The notes beneath the pieces are model-generated. The model did not search any database and was not told the DNA's origin. It saw only the letters and a list, made by a program, of their open reading frames with translations. DNA of 64,000 nt from Candidatus Latescibacterota bacterium. Its GTDB lineage: Bacteria > Latescibacterota > UBA2968. The stretch spans positions 2,976,001 to 3,040,000 of the forward strand of contig OZ241986.1 of the NCBI GenBank assembly GCA_965204375.1. The letters run 5' to 3'. Shown in pieces: positions 29,068-38,927 of this stretch. Numbering within the stretch: position 1 is the first letter of the stretch; every line of letters starts with the position of its first letter. A program made the translations under genes and the position numbers.

Positions 29068-29096
29068 ATTAAAGGCGTCCATTGGACTTGTGTCAA
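29068..29096 (-). promoter_or_regulatory. sigma70-like promoter for the FAR-acyltransferase-AGPS cluster
   Basis: Minus strand TTGACA-17 bp-TTTAAT. Confidence 0.65.
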
Positions 29097-29144
29097 CCCC
29101 TTTCTCGCGCAGTTCACAAGCGCAAATCCTTATCAAAAATGAGG

Positions 29145-29173
29145 TTGACAAAAAAATGATCAACTCCTATCTT
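29145..29173 (+). promoter_or_regulatory. sigma70-like promoter for the ndk-fab operon
   Basis: TTGACA-17 bp-TATCTT. Confidence 0.65.
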
Positions 29174-29223
29174 GTCCATCTTCAAACCGATACAAGCCGT
29201 ATTTCTCACAGGGAATTTTATGC

Positions 29224-29622
29224 ATGGAACGCACCTTGCTCATCGTCAAACCCGACGCTGTTGCACAAAATGTAATCGGTGAAATCATTCGCCGACTCGA
29301 AGAAAAAAACTTTTGGATTGTAAACCTAAAAATGGTTTGTCTCACGCGCCAACAGGCCGCCGAGTTTTATGCAGTACATCGCCAACGGCCTTTTTACAAC
29401 GACTTGCTCGATTTTATGACCTCTGGCCCCTGTGTGCCCGTGGCACTCGAGCGAGACAATGCCGTTGCATTTTTGCGCGAGGCCATTGGCAGCACCAATC
29501 CCGAAGAAGCCGCAGAAGGCACCATTCGCAAAGACTTTGCAACCAATATTCAAAACAATGCCGTACACGCCTCAGATTCACTGGAAAACGCAGCCAAAGA
29601 AGTGGCTTTCTTTTTTGGGTAA
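29224..29622 (+). CDS. ndk: Nucleoside diphosphate kinase
   Basis: ERTLLIVKPDAV, NAVHASDS. Confidence 0.97.
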   Translation: MERTLLIVKPDAVAQNVIGEIIRRLEEKNFWIVNLKMVCLTRQQAAEFYAVHRQRPFYNDLLDFMTSGPCVPVALERDNAVAFLREAIGSTNPEEAAEGTIRKDFATNIQNNAVHASDSLENAAKEVAFFFG

Positions 29623-29628
29623 AACCTT

Positions 29629-30141
29629 ATGAAAATCGACCTGAGAGATATACAGGAAGGCGAGACCGAATTTGCGTTTGAAGAAACGCCGACCGACCTG
29701 CACATTACCGAAGAAGACATCCAATTTGCAGGTGCCATCAACACCCGGCTCGTCGTGTACAAATACGGCGACTCGCTCTCGGCCAAAGGGCAAACCACCT
29801 GTCTGGTGCGCCCCGAATGCGCGCGGTGCCTGGAACCCATCGAATTTCCCATCGTCATCTCATACGCATTCGTTTTTCAAAAAGGTCGTCCCGACCAGAT
29901 GGACGATGACGATGATGAAACGCTGATCTGGCTCAATGAAGAACCCGGCGAAATAGATCTGGGCAATGACGTGAAAGACTATATTTTGCTCGAATTACCC
30001 ATGATTCCAACCTGTGCTGCATCGCCTTCTGGCCCTTGTGAACGCTATGAGCAAGACCCCCACGAATTGCTGGAATACGAGCGTGAAAAGAGCCACGACC
30101 CGCGTTGGGATGCTCTCCGCGCACTTAAAGAAAGCGAGTAG
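29629..30141 (+). CDS. yceD: YceD/DUF177 metal-binding protein
   Basis: ECARCLEP, LELPM, DPRWDAL; canonical position before rpmF. Confidence 0.9.
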   Translation: MKIDLRDIQEGETEFAFEETPTDLHITEEDIQFAGAINTRLVVYKYGDSLSAKGQTTCLVRPECARCLEPIEFPIVISYAFVFQKGRPDQMDDDDDETLIWLNEEPGEIDLGNDVKDYILLELPMIPTCAASPSGPCERYEQDPHELLEYEREKSHDPRWDALRALKESE

Positions 30142-30213
30142 CTGGCTCTATCACGCCTCAAGCGCGGTACACATTTCTAAATAAACGATGCATTAATCAA
30201 AAAGGAATACCTC

Positions 30214-30396
30214 ATGGCCAACCCCAAACGAAAAAGTTCAAATTCTCGCACCGGCAAACGCCGTGCCAATTGGAAGCTGCGTCAACCCACTTTTAACGCA
30301 TGCCCCAACTGTGGGCAGCCAAAAATACCCCATCGGATCTGTGGAAATTGCGGTTATTACAATGGGCGCGAAGTGGTTGAAATCGATGGCTTTTAG
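30214..30396 (+). CDS. rpmF: 50S ribosomal protein L32
   Basis: MANPKRKSS..CPNCG..PHRICGNCGYY. Confidence 0.97.
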   Translation: MANPKRKSSNSRTGKRRANWKLRQPTFNACPNCGQPKIPHRICGNCGYYNGREVVEIDGF

Positions 30397-30441
30397 TTTG
30401 GTCTAACGTCGCGCATACTTTTTTGAGGAGCAGAGTACATC

Positions 30442-31434
30442 ATGTATCCCCTTACAGCCACCATCACCGGGGTTGGGCACTATGTCCCAGAACAAAAGCT
30501 GACCAATACCGACCTCGAAAAAATGGTCGATACATCCGACGAGTGGATCACTTCCCGCACAGGTATTAAAGAACGCCGCATCCTCAACGAAGGGTTGGGC
30601 ACATCTTTTATGGCTCTAAAATCTCTGGAAGCCATTCTGCACAACAAAGGACTCGATGCCAGAGATATCGACTTGCTCATCGTCGCAACCATCACGCCCG
30701 ACATGGTATTTCCATCAACGGCCTGTCTGGTACAGGACCAAATTGGTGCCACAAATGCCTGGGCTTTTGATCTGGCGGCAGCCTGTAGCGGTTTTTTATA
30801 TGCTCTGATGGTGGGGGGGCAATTTATTGAAACGGGCGCACACAAACGCGTGGTCGTCATTGGAGCCGACAAAATGAGCAGCATTACAGACTACACCGAT
30901 CGCGACACCTGTGTGCTCTTTGGCGATGGCGCGGGCGCCGTTTTACTCGAGCCCGGCGAACCCGGTTTGGGACTTAAAGACTTTATCCTCTATTCTGATG
31001 GTAGCGGCGTAAAACATCTGCGACAACCCGCTGGCGGCAGTCTGCTTCCCGCCTCTCGTGAAACCGTTGATAAGAAAATGCACTATATTTATCAAGATGG
31101 TCGCGAAGTTTTCAAATTTGCAGTTCCCAAGATGGCCGAAGTTTCCGCTCAAATCCTCGAACGCAACGGCCTTGTCGGCAAAGACATCGCGCTTTTTGTG
31201 CCGCATCAGGCCAACAAGCGCATTATCGACGCATGTGTTAAACGCACAGATATACCCAAAGACCGCGTTGTAGTCAATATCGACCGCTATGCCAACACCT
31301 CGGCTGCCACCATTCCCATTGGCCTGTCTGAAGCAGTCGAACAGGGCCGTCTCAGCCGCGGTGACAATGTGCTGCTCGCCAGTGCCGGTGCGGGATATAC
31401 CTGGGGCAGCACCCTGCTAACCTGGGCTTATTAA
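30442..31434 (+). CDS. fabH: 3-oxoacyl-ACP synthase III
   Basis: AACSGF, LFGDGAGA, PHQAN, YANTSAA. Confidence 0.96.
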   Translation: MYPLTATITGVGHYVPEQKLTNTDLEKMVDTSDEWITSRTGIKERRILNEGLGTSFMALKSLEAILHNKGLDARDIDLLIVATITPDMVFPSTACLVQDQIGATNAWAFDLAAACSGFLYALMVGGQFIETGAHKRVVVIGADKMSSITDYTDRDTCVLFGDGAGAVLLEPGEPGLGLKDFILYSDGSGVKHLRQPAGGSLLPASRETVDKKMHYIYQDGREVFKFAVPKMAEVSAQILERNGLVGKDIALFVPHQANKRIIDACVKRTDIPKDRVVVNIDRYANTSAATIPIGLSEAVEQGRLSRGDNVLLASAGAGYTWGSTLLTWAY

Positions 31435-32352
31435 ATGACAAAAAAAGCTTTCCTATTTCCAGGGCAAGGCTCCCAATTTGTTGGCATGGGACACGACCTG
31501 TACAGGACCGCACCAGAAGCGCACAAGATTTTTGATCTTGCCGACGACATGCTCGACATAGACATCAAATCATTCTGCTTTAGCGGTCCTGCCGAGTCAC
31601 TCAAACAAACCGCAGTCACACAACCGGCAATTTTTGCCCACAGCATTGCCGCTCTTGAAGTACTTAAAAGCCGGGGACTGCACCCCGACCTCGTGGCAGG
31701 ACACAGTGTTGGGGAACTCGCCGCCCTCGTTGCAGCAGGTGTCATGCGCGTCGAAGACGGCTTTCGGGTCGTCAGCGTTCGCGGACATGCCATGCAAGTC
31801 GCGGGAAAAATTCGGCCAGGCACCATGGCTGCAGTGCTCGGTCTCGATGACGACGTAATGATTCGTCTTTGCGCTGACCTCAGTTCTTCGGGCCATGTTA
31901 CAACAGCCAATTTCAATTGCCCCGGACAAGTGGTCCTATCTGGCGAGGAAAATGCCGTTGACGAAGCACTCGAAAAAGCCAAAGCACTGGGAGCCAAACG
32001 CGCCGTGCTCTTGCCCGTAGGCGGCGCATTTCACTCGGCCTTGATGCAACCAGCCGTAACAGCACTGACCGACATACTCGACAATGTGCCATTTGTGCGG
32101 GCGCAAATTCCCGTGATCCCCAATGTCACAGCTGAACCCACCTGCGATCCAGACCTGCTCAAAGACCTGCTGATCGAACAAGTTATTTCGCCTGTTCGCT
32201 GGACCGAATCCATGCAACGGCTCATAGCACAAGGCATGACCGAAGCCCTCGAAGTGGGGCCAGGCAATGTGCTCAAGAGCCTCCTGCGCCGAATTGACCG
32301 AAATATTCCAGTCCACGAAGCTGGCACATTGGAAGCTATTGGACAACTTTAG
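31435..32352 (+). CDS. fabD: Malonyl-CoA:ACP transacylase
   Basis: FPGQGSQ, GHSVGE, AFHS. Confidence 0.96.
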   Translation: MTKKAFLFPGQGSQFVGMGHDLYRTAPEAHKIFDLADDMLDIDIKSFCFSGPAESLKQTAVTQPAIFAHSIAALEVLKSRGLHPDLVAGHSVGELAALVAAGVMRVEDGFRVVSVRGHAMQVAGKIRPGTMAAVLGLDDDVMIRLCADLSSSGHVTTANFNCPGQVVLSGEENAVDEALEKAKALGAKRAVLLPVGGAFHSALMQPAVTALTDILDNVPFVRAQIPVIPNVTAEPTCDPDLLKDLLIEQVISPVRWTESMQRLIAQGMTEALEVGPGNVLKSLLRRIDRNIPVHEAGTLEAIGQL

Positions 32353-32379
32353 AGTGTTTAACCGACAGGTAACTATCTC

Positions 32380-33126
32380 ATGAACCGACTCACAGGTAAA
32401 ACAGCCCTTGTAACGGGCGGATCCCGCGGCATTGGCGAGGCCATTGCCCTGCGCCTTGCACGCGAAGGGGCCAACATCGCCGTATGTGCCAGCCAAAGCA
32501 CAGAAGCTGCAGAAGCAGTGGCCGAAAAAATCCGCGCACAAGGCCGTGAAGCCCTTGTACAACAGGCCGATGTCTCCAATGCCGAATCTGTTGAAGCCCT
32601 TGTAGAGACCGTCCTCGACACCTGGGGCAAAATCGATGTGCTCGTCAACAATGCGGGTATCGCCCGCGACAATTTGTTGATGCGTATGAAAGAAGACGAG
32701 TGGGATGCAGTTCTTGACGTCAATCTCAAAGGTGCGTACCATTGTATCAAAGCCGTCACCCGTCCCATGATGAGAGCGCGAACCGGTCGCATCATCAATG
32801 TCTCATCGGTCGTAGGGCTCATGGGCAATGCAGGGCAGATCAATTACGCCGCATCCAAATCGGGTCTTATTGGCCTGACCAAATCCGTAGCCAGGGAATT
32901 GGCCAGCCGCAATATTACGGCCAACGCCATTGCGCCCGGTTTTATTCCAACGGACATGACCGCCAAACTCAACGACAAAATACAAGAACAGTTGATCGCC
33001 CAGATTCCACTGGGCAAACTCGGCAGTCCCGAAGATGTCGCCGCTGCCGCAGTCTTTCTCGCTTCTGACGACGCGGCCTATATTACCGGACAGGTTCTCG
33101 TTGTCGATGGCGGAATGGTGATGTAA
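32380..33126 (+). CDS. fabG: 3-oxoacyl-ACP reductase
   Basis: TGGSRGIG, NNAGIARD, NYAASK, VDGG. Confidence 0.96.
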   Translation: MNRLTGKTALVTGGSRGIGEAIALRLAREGANIAVCASQSTEAAEAVAEKIRAQGREALVQQADVSNAESVEALVETVLDTWGKIDVLVNNAGIARDNLLMRMKEDEWDAVLDVNLKGAYHCIKAVTRPMMRARTGRIINVSSVVGLMGNAGQINYAASKSGLIGLTKSVARELASRNITANAIAPGFIPTDMTAKLNDKIQEQLIAQIPLGKLGSPEDVAAAAVFLASDDAAYITGQVLVVDGGMVM

Positions 33127-33160
33127 ATAATCACTACACACTAATCACGGAGGGCTTCAC

Positions 33161-33400
33161 ATGACCGATGATATTCAACAAAAAGTTACTGACCTGATCG
33201 TTGACCAACTCGGCGTCGATGCCGATAGCGTCAATGCCGACGCCCATTTTATTGACGATCTGGGCGCAGACTCGCTCGACACAGTCGAACTGGTCATGGC
33301 TTTCGAAGAAGAATTTGACATGGAAATTTCCGATGAAGACGCCGAGAAGCTCGAAACAGTTGGCGATGCCATCGCATACTTAGACGAGCATCTGGATTAA
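33161..33400 (+). CDS. acpP: Acyl carrier protein
   Basis: [14 protein letters not shown]. Confidence 0.97.
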   Translation: MTDDIQQKVTDLIVDQLGVDADSVNADAHFIDDLGADSLDTVELVMAFEEEFDMEISDEDAEKLETVGDAIAYLDEHLD

Positions 33401-33449
33401 CTCGGAAACTGGAGGCTGGAGATTGGTCCAGTCTCCAGGAGGTCATTTA

Positions 33450-34700
33450 GTGAACAGACAACGCAGAGTGGTCATCACTGGCATGGGCGCACTTGCCCCC
33501 AATGGCAATACCACGAAAAGCTATTGGGAAGCACTGTGCAATGGACAAACAGGTGTTGGCCCCATAACAAAATTTGACGCCACTGATTTCCGCGTGCAGT
33601 TTGCCGCCGAAATCAAAAACTTTGATCCAGCGCACTTTGGCATTGACCGTCGAAGCCAGCGTCGCATAGATCTTTTCGCGCAATACGCCATTGCAGCATC
33701 TGTTCAGGCCGTAGAAAATGCAGGTCTCGATATCAGTAATGAACAGGCAGAACGCATCGGGGTTGTATTTGGCTCGGGCATAGGTGGCATAAAGACGCAT
33801 GAAGACCAGCACGATGCCTACCGCAATGGTGGTCCAAGACGCATCAGTCCACTTTATGTGCCCATGATGATCCCCGATATGTCCGCAGGTCAAGTATCCA
33901 TTTATCTCGGTGCCAAAGGCCCCAACTATACCACCGTCACGGCTTGCGCTTCGGCAGCCCATGCCATTGGCAATGCAGCCCGCGAAATTTGGGACGACGA
34001 AGCCGATATCATGATCACAGGGGGGGCAGAAGCCGCCATTACCCCAATGTCAGTCGGTGGATTTGCCGCGGCACGCGCGCTTTCAACCCGCAACGACGAT
34101 CCCGCGCGAGCCAGTCGCCCCTTTGACGCAGATCGCGATGGGTTTGTAATTGGAGAAGGTGCCGGCGGGCTTGTTTTGGAAGAACTCGAACGCGCAACAC
34201 AACGGGGCGCCACGATCTACGCCGAAGTGGTAGGTTTGGGTTATACCGGAGATGCCTATCACATCACCGATATGGCACCTGGCGGCGAAGGAGGTGCCCG
34301 CGCCTTACGCCGCGCCCTGCGACAGGCGCAGATCAATCCGGAAGACGTGTCTTATATCAACGCACACGGCACATCAACACCCGTGGGCGACCCGCAGGAA
34401 ACAGCCGCCATCAAATCCGCATTTGGCGACCATGCAAAAAAACTCGCCATCAGTTCGACAAAATCCATGACCGGACATCTTTTGGGAGCTTCGGGTGCGA
34501 TTGAAACCATCGCAGCAACGCTATCAGTTCACCACAATGTGGTACCGCCCACGATCAACTATGAAACATCCGACCCAGAATGCGACCTCGATTACGTGCC
34601 CAATGAAGCGCGAGAAATACCCGTTGAAATCGCCATTAGCAACTCCTTTGGCTTCGGGGGTCACAACGCAGTACTCATCCTGCGCAAGTTTCGCAACTAA
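33450..34700 (+). CDS. fabF: 3-oxoacyl-ACP synthase II
   Basis: TACASA, NAHGTST, GHLLGA, SNSFGFGG; GTG start after GGAGG. Confidence 0.96.
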   Translation: MNRQRRVVITGMGALAPNGNTTKSYWEALCNGQTGVGPITKFDATDFRVQFAAEIKNFDPAHFGIDRRSQRRIDLFAQYAIAASVQAVENAGLDISNEQAERIGVVFGSGIGGIKTHEDQHDAYRNGGPRRISPLYVPMMIPDMSAGQVSIYLGAKGPNYTTVTACASAAHAIGNAAREIWDDEADIMITGGAEAAITPMSVGGFAAARALSTRNDDPARASRPFDADRDGFVIGEGAGGLVLEELERATQRGATIYAEVVGLGYTGDAYHITDMAPGGEGGARALRRALRQAQINPEDVSYINAHGTSTPVGDPQETAAIKSAFGDHAKKLAISSTKSMTGHLLGASGAIETIAATLSVHHNVVPPTINYETSDPECDLDYVPNEAREIPVEIAISNSFGFGGHNAVLILRKFRN

Positions 34701-34711
34701 CGAGACCATGC

Positions 34712-35488
34712 ATGCTACGTGAATTGAAAGGGGGCGGTTTTATCCGACTCGGAACCGTCTTACAAACGATCAGACGTTGGTCCGCAGGTAGCAGAGTGCG
34801 TTCCCAGGAAGAACTCCAACGCAAACTCAGTTACACCTTTTCCAATACCGCTTTACTCGAACAAGCCCTTAAACACCGGTCCCATGTTTACGTCACTCAA
34901 GAAGGCAGCATTGCTTCCAACGAACGCCTGGAATTTTTGGGCGACGCAGTGCTCGATCTCATTGTGACAGAACATCTCTACAATCGATTTAAAAAGAAAA
35001 GAGAAGGCGAACTCACACAGATCAAGTCTCTGCTCGTCAGCAAGGTCGTCCTGGCCGAAAAAGGCCGAAAAATCCAACTCGGAGAATATCTCTATTTGAG
35101 CAAAGAAGAAATCTCATCTGGTGGACGCCAACGCACCTCAATTATCGGCGATGCTTTTGAAGCACTCTTAGGTGCGATTTACCTCGATGGTGGGCTTGAA
35201 GCTGCCCGCTCATTTGTCGAACGCACAATTCTAACCAATGTTGAAGAAATCCTCGCCGACGGCAACTATCTCAACTTCAAAAGCCTGCTTCTCGAACACA
35301 CGCAAAGTACGGGACAGGGCCATCCACGATATCAGCCCATATCCGAAGAAGGCCCAGATCACCGAAAAATTTTCTTTATTGAAGTAACCCTTCAGGGCGA
35401 TCGATTGGGCGAAGGACAAGGGCGCAGTAAAAAAGAAGCCCAACAGATGGCCGCAAAAGACGCGCTCAGACATCTGGGCCTGCACTAA
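34712..35488 (+). CDS. rnc: Ribonuclease III
   Basis: NERLEFLGDAVL, DAFEALLGAIYLD, C-terminal dsRBD; start uncertain. Confidence 0.95.
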   Translation: MLRELKGGGFIRLGTVLQTIRRWSAGSRVRSQEELQRKLSYTFSNTALLEQALKHRSHVYVTQEGSIASNERLEFLGDAVLDLIVTEHLYNRFKKKREGELTQIKSLLVSKVVLAEKGRKIQLGEYLYLSKEEISSGGRQRTSIIGDAFEALLGAIYLDGGLEAARSFVERTILTNVEEILADGNYLNFKSLLLEHTQSTGQGHPRYQPISEEGPDHRKIFFIEVTLQGDRLGEGQGRSKKEAQQMAAKDALRHLGLH

Positions 35489-35490
35489 CC

Positions 35491-36330
35491 GTGACACAAT
35501 GCGATCCCCCCAAATGGCGTTTCCTGAATACCCAACATGGAAACGCCTTTTTTAATATGGCAGTAGATGAAGCCCTCGTGCGCTCGATAGCAACAGGTGC
35601 TCGGCCCGCATTTCGCGTTTACGGGTGGCAACCGCCCGCGGTCTCCTTTGGGTATGCACAGCGCATCAGCCGCGAAGTCGATGCCCAAAAAGTTCGCGAG
35701 CGCGGTATCGACATTGTCCGTCGTCCCACCGGTGGCCGCGCTGTCTTGCACTGGAACGAACTGACCTACAGCGTTGTCTGCCCTGCCGACAATCCCGTGA
35801 TGGGGGGCAATATCAACGAAGCCTATCGCAAAATCAGCGAAGGCCTCCTATCGGGTATCCGCGCTATCGGCGTTGATGCGACCTTTGAATCCCGTCGCCA
35901 AACACAGCCTTCACCGCGCGGCAAAGAACTCACTGCGCCCTGTTTTACCAGTACGGCGCAATACGAAGTCACATTCAAGGGACGCAAACTCATCGGCAGC
36001 GCGCAACAGCGCATCGGCACAATGCTCTTACAGCACGGATCACTCCTGCTCGGCGCAGAGCACAAACAAATCGCCGATCTTCTGCCCGGCGACAAACCAA
36101 GCCTGCAAAAGCGTTTTGCACGCGAACTCGACCGCCACACCACCTCGCTCTCTGAAGCCCTCGCATACCCCATCAATTTCGACACGGCGGCCACAGCCAT
36201 CCGGCAAGGCATTCAAAATACCTTTAACATCCAACTTGTTGAAGCCTCACTCAGCGAAACAGAAATCGCCGAAACCCAACGCCTTATCGCCGAGAAATAC
36301 GCAACCTATGAATGGAATGACAAGTATTGA
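35491..36330 (+). CDS. Lipoate-protein ligase / octanoyltransferase (LipM/LplA family)
   Basis: NMAVDEAL, VRRPTGGRAVLH, RKLIGSAQ, LQHGS. Confidence 0.9.
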   Translation: MTQCDPPKWRFLNTQHGNAFFNMAVDEALVRSIATGARPAFRVYGWQPPAVSFGYAQRISREVDAQKVRERGIDIVRRPTGGRAVLHWNELTYSVVCPADNPVMGGNINEAYRKISEGLLSGIRAIGVDATFESRRQTQPSPRGKELTAPCFTSTAQYEVTFKGRKLIGSAQQRIGTMLLQHGSLLLGAEHKQIADLLPGDKPSLQKRFARELDRHTTSLSEALAYPINFDTAATAIRQGIQNTFNIQLVEASLSETEIAETQRLIAEKYATYEWNDKY

Positions 36331-36739
36331 TTCTTCAAAGACCTGGACCTCGCATCCCCTGCGCGACGAGCCTTTGGCAAAATCTGTTTTACTCGTACTC
36401 ATCATCCTGGGCGTCGCGTTTATTGTCGGCATGAGCTTTCAGAGCATCTCTTTCGCCTTTCTTTCACTCGCATTGCTCACCGCGACGATGACCCGCTATT
36501 TTTTCACAACGCGCTATGTTATCGACGCTCACGGTTTTACCATTTCACATATCGGCACACGCAGGCAATATTTATGGACAAATTTTCGCCGCGCCACACG
36601 CCATCCCGACGGCATCTTCTTAAGTCCTTTTGCCAAACCGCATCGCCTCGACACATTTCGCGGTCAATTCCTGCGCTCGAAAAACCCCGCTGAGATCTAC
36701 CATGTCGTCCAAAAACACATCGCTATTGACCCGGCTTAA
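36308..36739 (+). CDS. Small membrane protein (2 TM + soluble domain)
   Basis: 3' part of the 35873 ORF; WTSHP, two hydrophobic helices, LSPF..RLDTFRG. Confidence 0.7.
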   Translation: MNGMTSIDSSKTWTSHPLRDEPLAKSVLLVLIILGVAFIVGMSFQSISFAFLSLALLTATMTRYFFTTRYVIDAHGFTISHIGTRRQYLWTNFRRATRHPDGIFLSPFAKPHRLDTFRGQFLRSKNPAEIYHVVQKHIAIDPA

Positions 36740-37055
36740 GAATTACTGCGCCCATGCCTTTGCCGTCTCCCCCCCCGAAAGTGCCATCACCGAAGAAGAC
36801 GAAATCCTCGCCGAAAAAGCCGCCGCCTTCATCGTAAGGCGCCGACTCACAGCACCCGCCATTATGTTACTTGAAACCGGGCGACCCTTTAACTATATTG
36901 GCAGCCAACTTTTGACTTTTTTGTCGCCCTTCGTATCTATCATCTTTTCCTCAACAGCTGAGTTTGATCGCTTCACGCGCTTTCTGGAAAAACGGGAAAG
37001 CATTCCCTGCCTCATTCGCCATATTGAAACCCTGGAAAACAAAAACCATGGATAA
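36702..37055 (+). CDS. Conserved hypothetical protein
   Basis: IVRRRLTAPAIMLLET.RPFNYIGSQ; overlaps neighbours on both sides. Confidence 0.7.
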   Translation: MSSKNTSLLTRLKNYCAHAFAVSPPESAITEEDEILAEKAAAFIVRRRLTAPAIMLLETGRPFNYIGSQLLTFLSPFVSIIFSSTAEFDRFTRFLEKRESIPCLIRHIETLENKNHG

Positions 37056-38835
37056 GCTCGACGTCATCATCGCTACCGATTGCGGCAGCACCACGACCAA
37101 AGCCATCTTGATAGAAAAAAAGGGCGATATCTATCGCCAGACCTATCGGGGCGAAGCACCTACCACAGTTGAAGCCCCCTATGAAGACGTCACGCGCGGC
37201 GTGCTCAACGCCATTCAAGAAGTCGAAGAACTCTCTAACAGGCAAATTCTCGACGGCGAAACCATCATCACACCCGCAGAAGATCATCGCGGAGTTGATA
37301 TCTACATTTCCACCAGCAGCGCGGGCGGCGGCCTGCAAATGATGGTCGGCGGCGTCATTCAGGCCATGACCGGCGAAAGCGCGCAGCGTTGCGCCCTCGG
37401 CGCAGGTGCAATTGTCATGGACATTCTCGCGTCCAACGACGGGCGGCAACCCCACGAAAAAATCGAACGCATTCGCCAGTTGCGTCCCGATATGGTACTC
37501 CTTTCGGGCGGCACAGATGGCGGCACCATTTCGCACGTTGTCGAACTGGCCGAATTTATCTCCGCAGCCGACCCCAAACCGCGATTTGGATCGGGATATC
37601 AACTGCCCGTCATCTACGCAGGAAACAAAGATGCCGCACAGGAAATCGAACGCACTCTGGGCGACAAAACAGCCCTCACCATCACGGAAAACATCCGCCC
37701 CACGCTCGAAGAAGAAAACCTCGGACCTGCTCGTCATGTGATCCACGACCTCTTTCTCGAACACGTCATGGCGCAAGCACCGGGCTATCGAAAACTCATC
37801 TCCTGGACAGGCGCACCCATCATGCCCACACCCGGCGCAGTTGGCCTGATGATGCAAACCGTATCCAAACAACAAAATATCAATGTCGTGGGCGTTGACA
37901 TAGGTGGCGCCACCACCGACGTATTCAGCGTCTTTGACGATATCTTCAACCGCACGGTATCTGCCAATCTCGGCATGTCCTACAGCGTATCCAACGTACT
38001 CGCCGAAGCGGGCCTCGACGACGTCATGCGCTGGGTACCTTTCAAAATCGACGAAGCCGACCTGCGAGACCGCATCAAAAACAAAATGATCCGCCCCACC
38101 ACAATTCCGCACATGCTCGAAGAACTTCAGGTCGAACAGGCCATTGCCCGCGAAGCCCTGCGCCTGGCCTTTGTCCAGCACCGCGCACTCGCCGTGGGTC
38201 TCAAAGGCGTACAGGCCGAGCGCACCCTATCCGATGTATTTGACCAATCCGCAGGTGGCGAAAGCCTCATCAAAATGCGCGACCTCGATCTCCTCGTCGG
38301 AAGCGGCGGTGTTCTATCTCACGCCCCGCGTCGAATGCAAACAGCCGCCATGCTCATCGACGCCTTCCAGCCCGAAGGCATCACGCGCCTCGCCGTTGAC
38401 AGCATCTTTATGATGCCACACCTCGGCGTACTTTCATCGGTCAATGAAATCGCCGCTACGCAAGTTTTTGAACGCGACTGCCTCATTTACCTCGGCACGT
38501 GTATCGCACCCATCGCCCAGGGCAAAATAGGCGCGCCCTGTGCACAATACGAAATCGGCCTTCCCGACGGAGCCCAATCCGGCACCCTGAATATTGGCGA
38601 CCTTCTGCACTTCCCCCTCGAAGCAGGTCAGGAAGCACACCTCACCTTACAACCCGAGCGCAACACAGACGCAGGTGCCGGGCCGGGCCGAGAACTGAAC
38701 ACCACCGTCAAAGGGGGCACCGCCGGGCTGATCCTCGACGGACGCGGTCGCCCCATTGTATTTGCCGAAAATCAATCCGAACGCGCCGATCAAATAAGCC
38801 AGTGGAGCGAAACCCTCGACCTCTACCCCCGATAA
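37048..38835 (+). CDS. GlmL/MutL-like (glutamate mutase L family) ASKHA-fold protein
   Basis: TDCGSTTTKA, SSAGGGL, LSGGTDGG, MPTP, VDIGGATTDVFS, GSGGVLSHAP. Confidence 0.85.
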   Translation: MDKLDVIIATDCGSTTTKAILIEKKGDIYRQTYRGEAPTTVEAPYEDVTRGVLNAIQEVEELSNRQILDGETIITPAEDHRGVDIYISTSSAGGGLQMMVGGVIQAMTGESAQRCALGAGAIVMDILASNDGRQPHEKIERIRQLRPDMVLLSGGTDGGTISHVVELAEFISAADPKPRFGSGYQLPVIYAGNKDAAQEIERTLGDKTALTITENIRPTLEEENLGPARHVIHDLFLEHVMAQAPGYRKLISWTGAPIMPTPGAVGLMMQTVSKQQNINVVGVDIGGATTDVFSVFDDIFNRTVSANLGMSYSVSNVLAEAGLDDVMRWVPFKIDEADLRDRIKNKMIRPTTIPHMLEELQVEQAIAREALRLAFVQHRALAVGLKGVQAERTLSDVFDQSAGGESLIKMRDLDLLVGSGGVLSHAPRRMQTAAMLIDAFQPEGITRLAVDSIFMMPHLGVLSSVNEIAATQVFERDCLIYLGTCIAPIAQGKIGAPCAQYEIGLPDGAQSGTLNIGDLLHFPLEAGQEAHLTLQPERNTDAGAGPGRELNTTVKGGTAGLILDGRGRPIVFAENQSERADQISQWSETLDLYPR

Positions 38836-38927
38836 GAGAAAGAACAAGGCTATGATTTAATTTATTTTTCTTGTAAAGTACCCCTCGCATTGTATATTCC
38901 GTTATCCGTAACCTCAGGTATTACTCT

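Noticed and set aside
37048-38835. Glutamate mutase operon or DNA-repair MutL
   Set aside because: No glmS/glmE nearby, and the motifs are ASKHA-type rather than GHKL.
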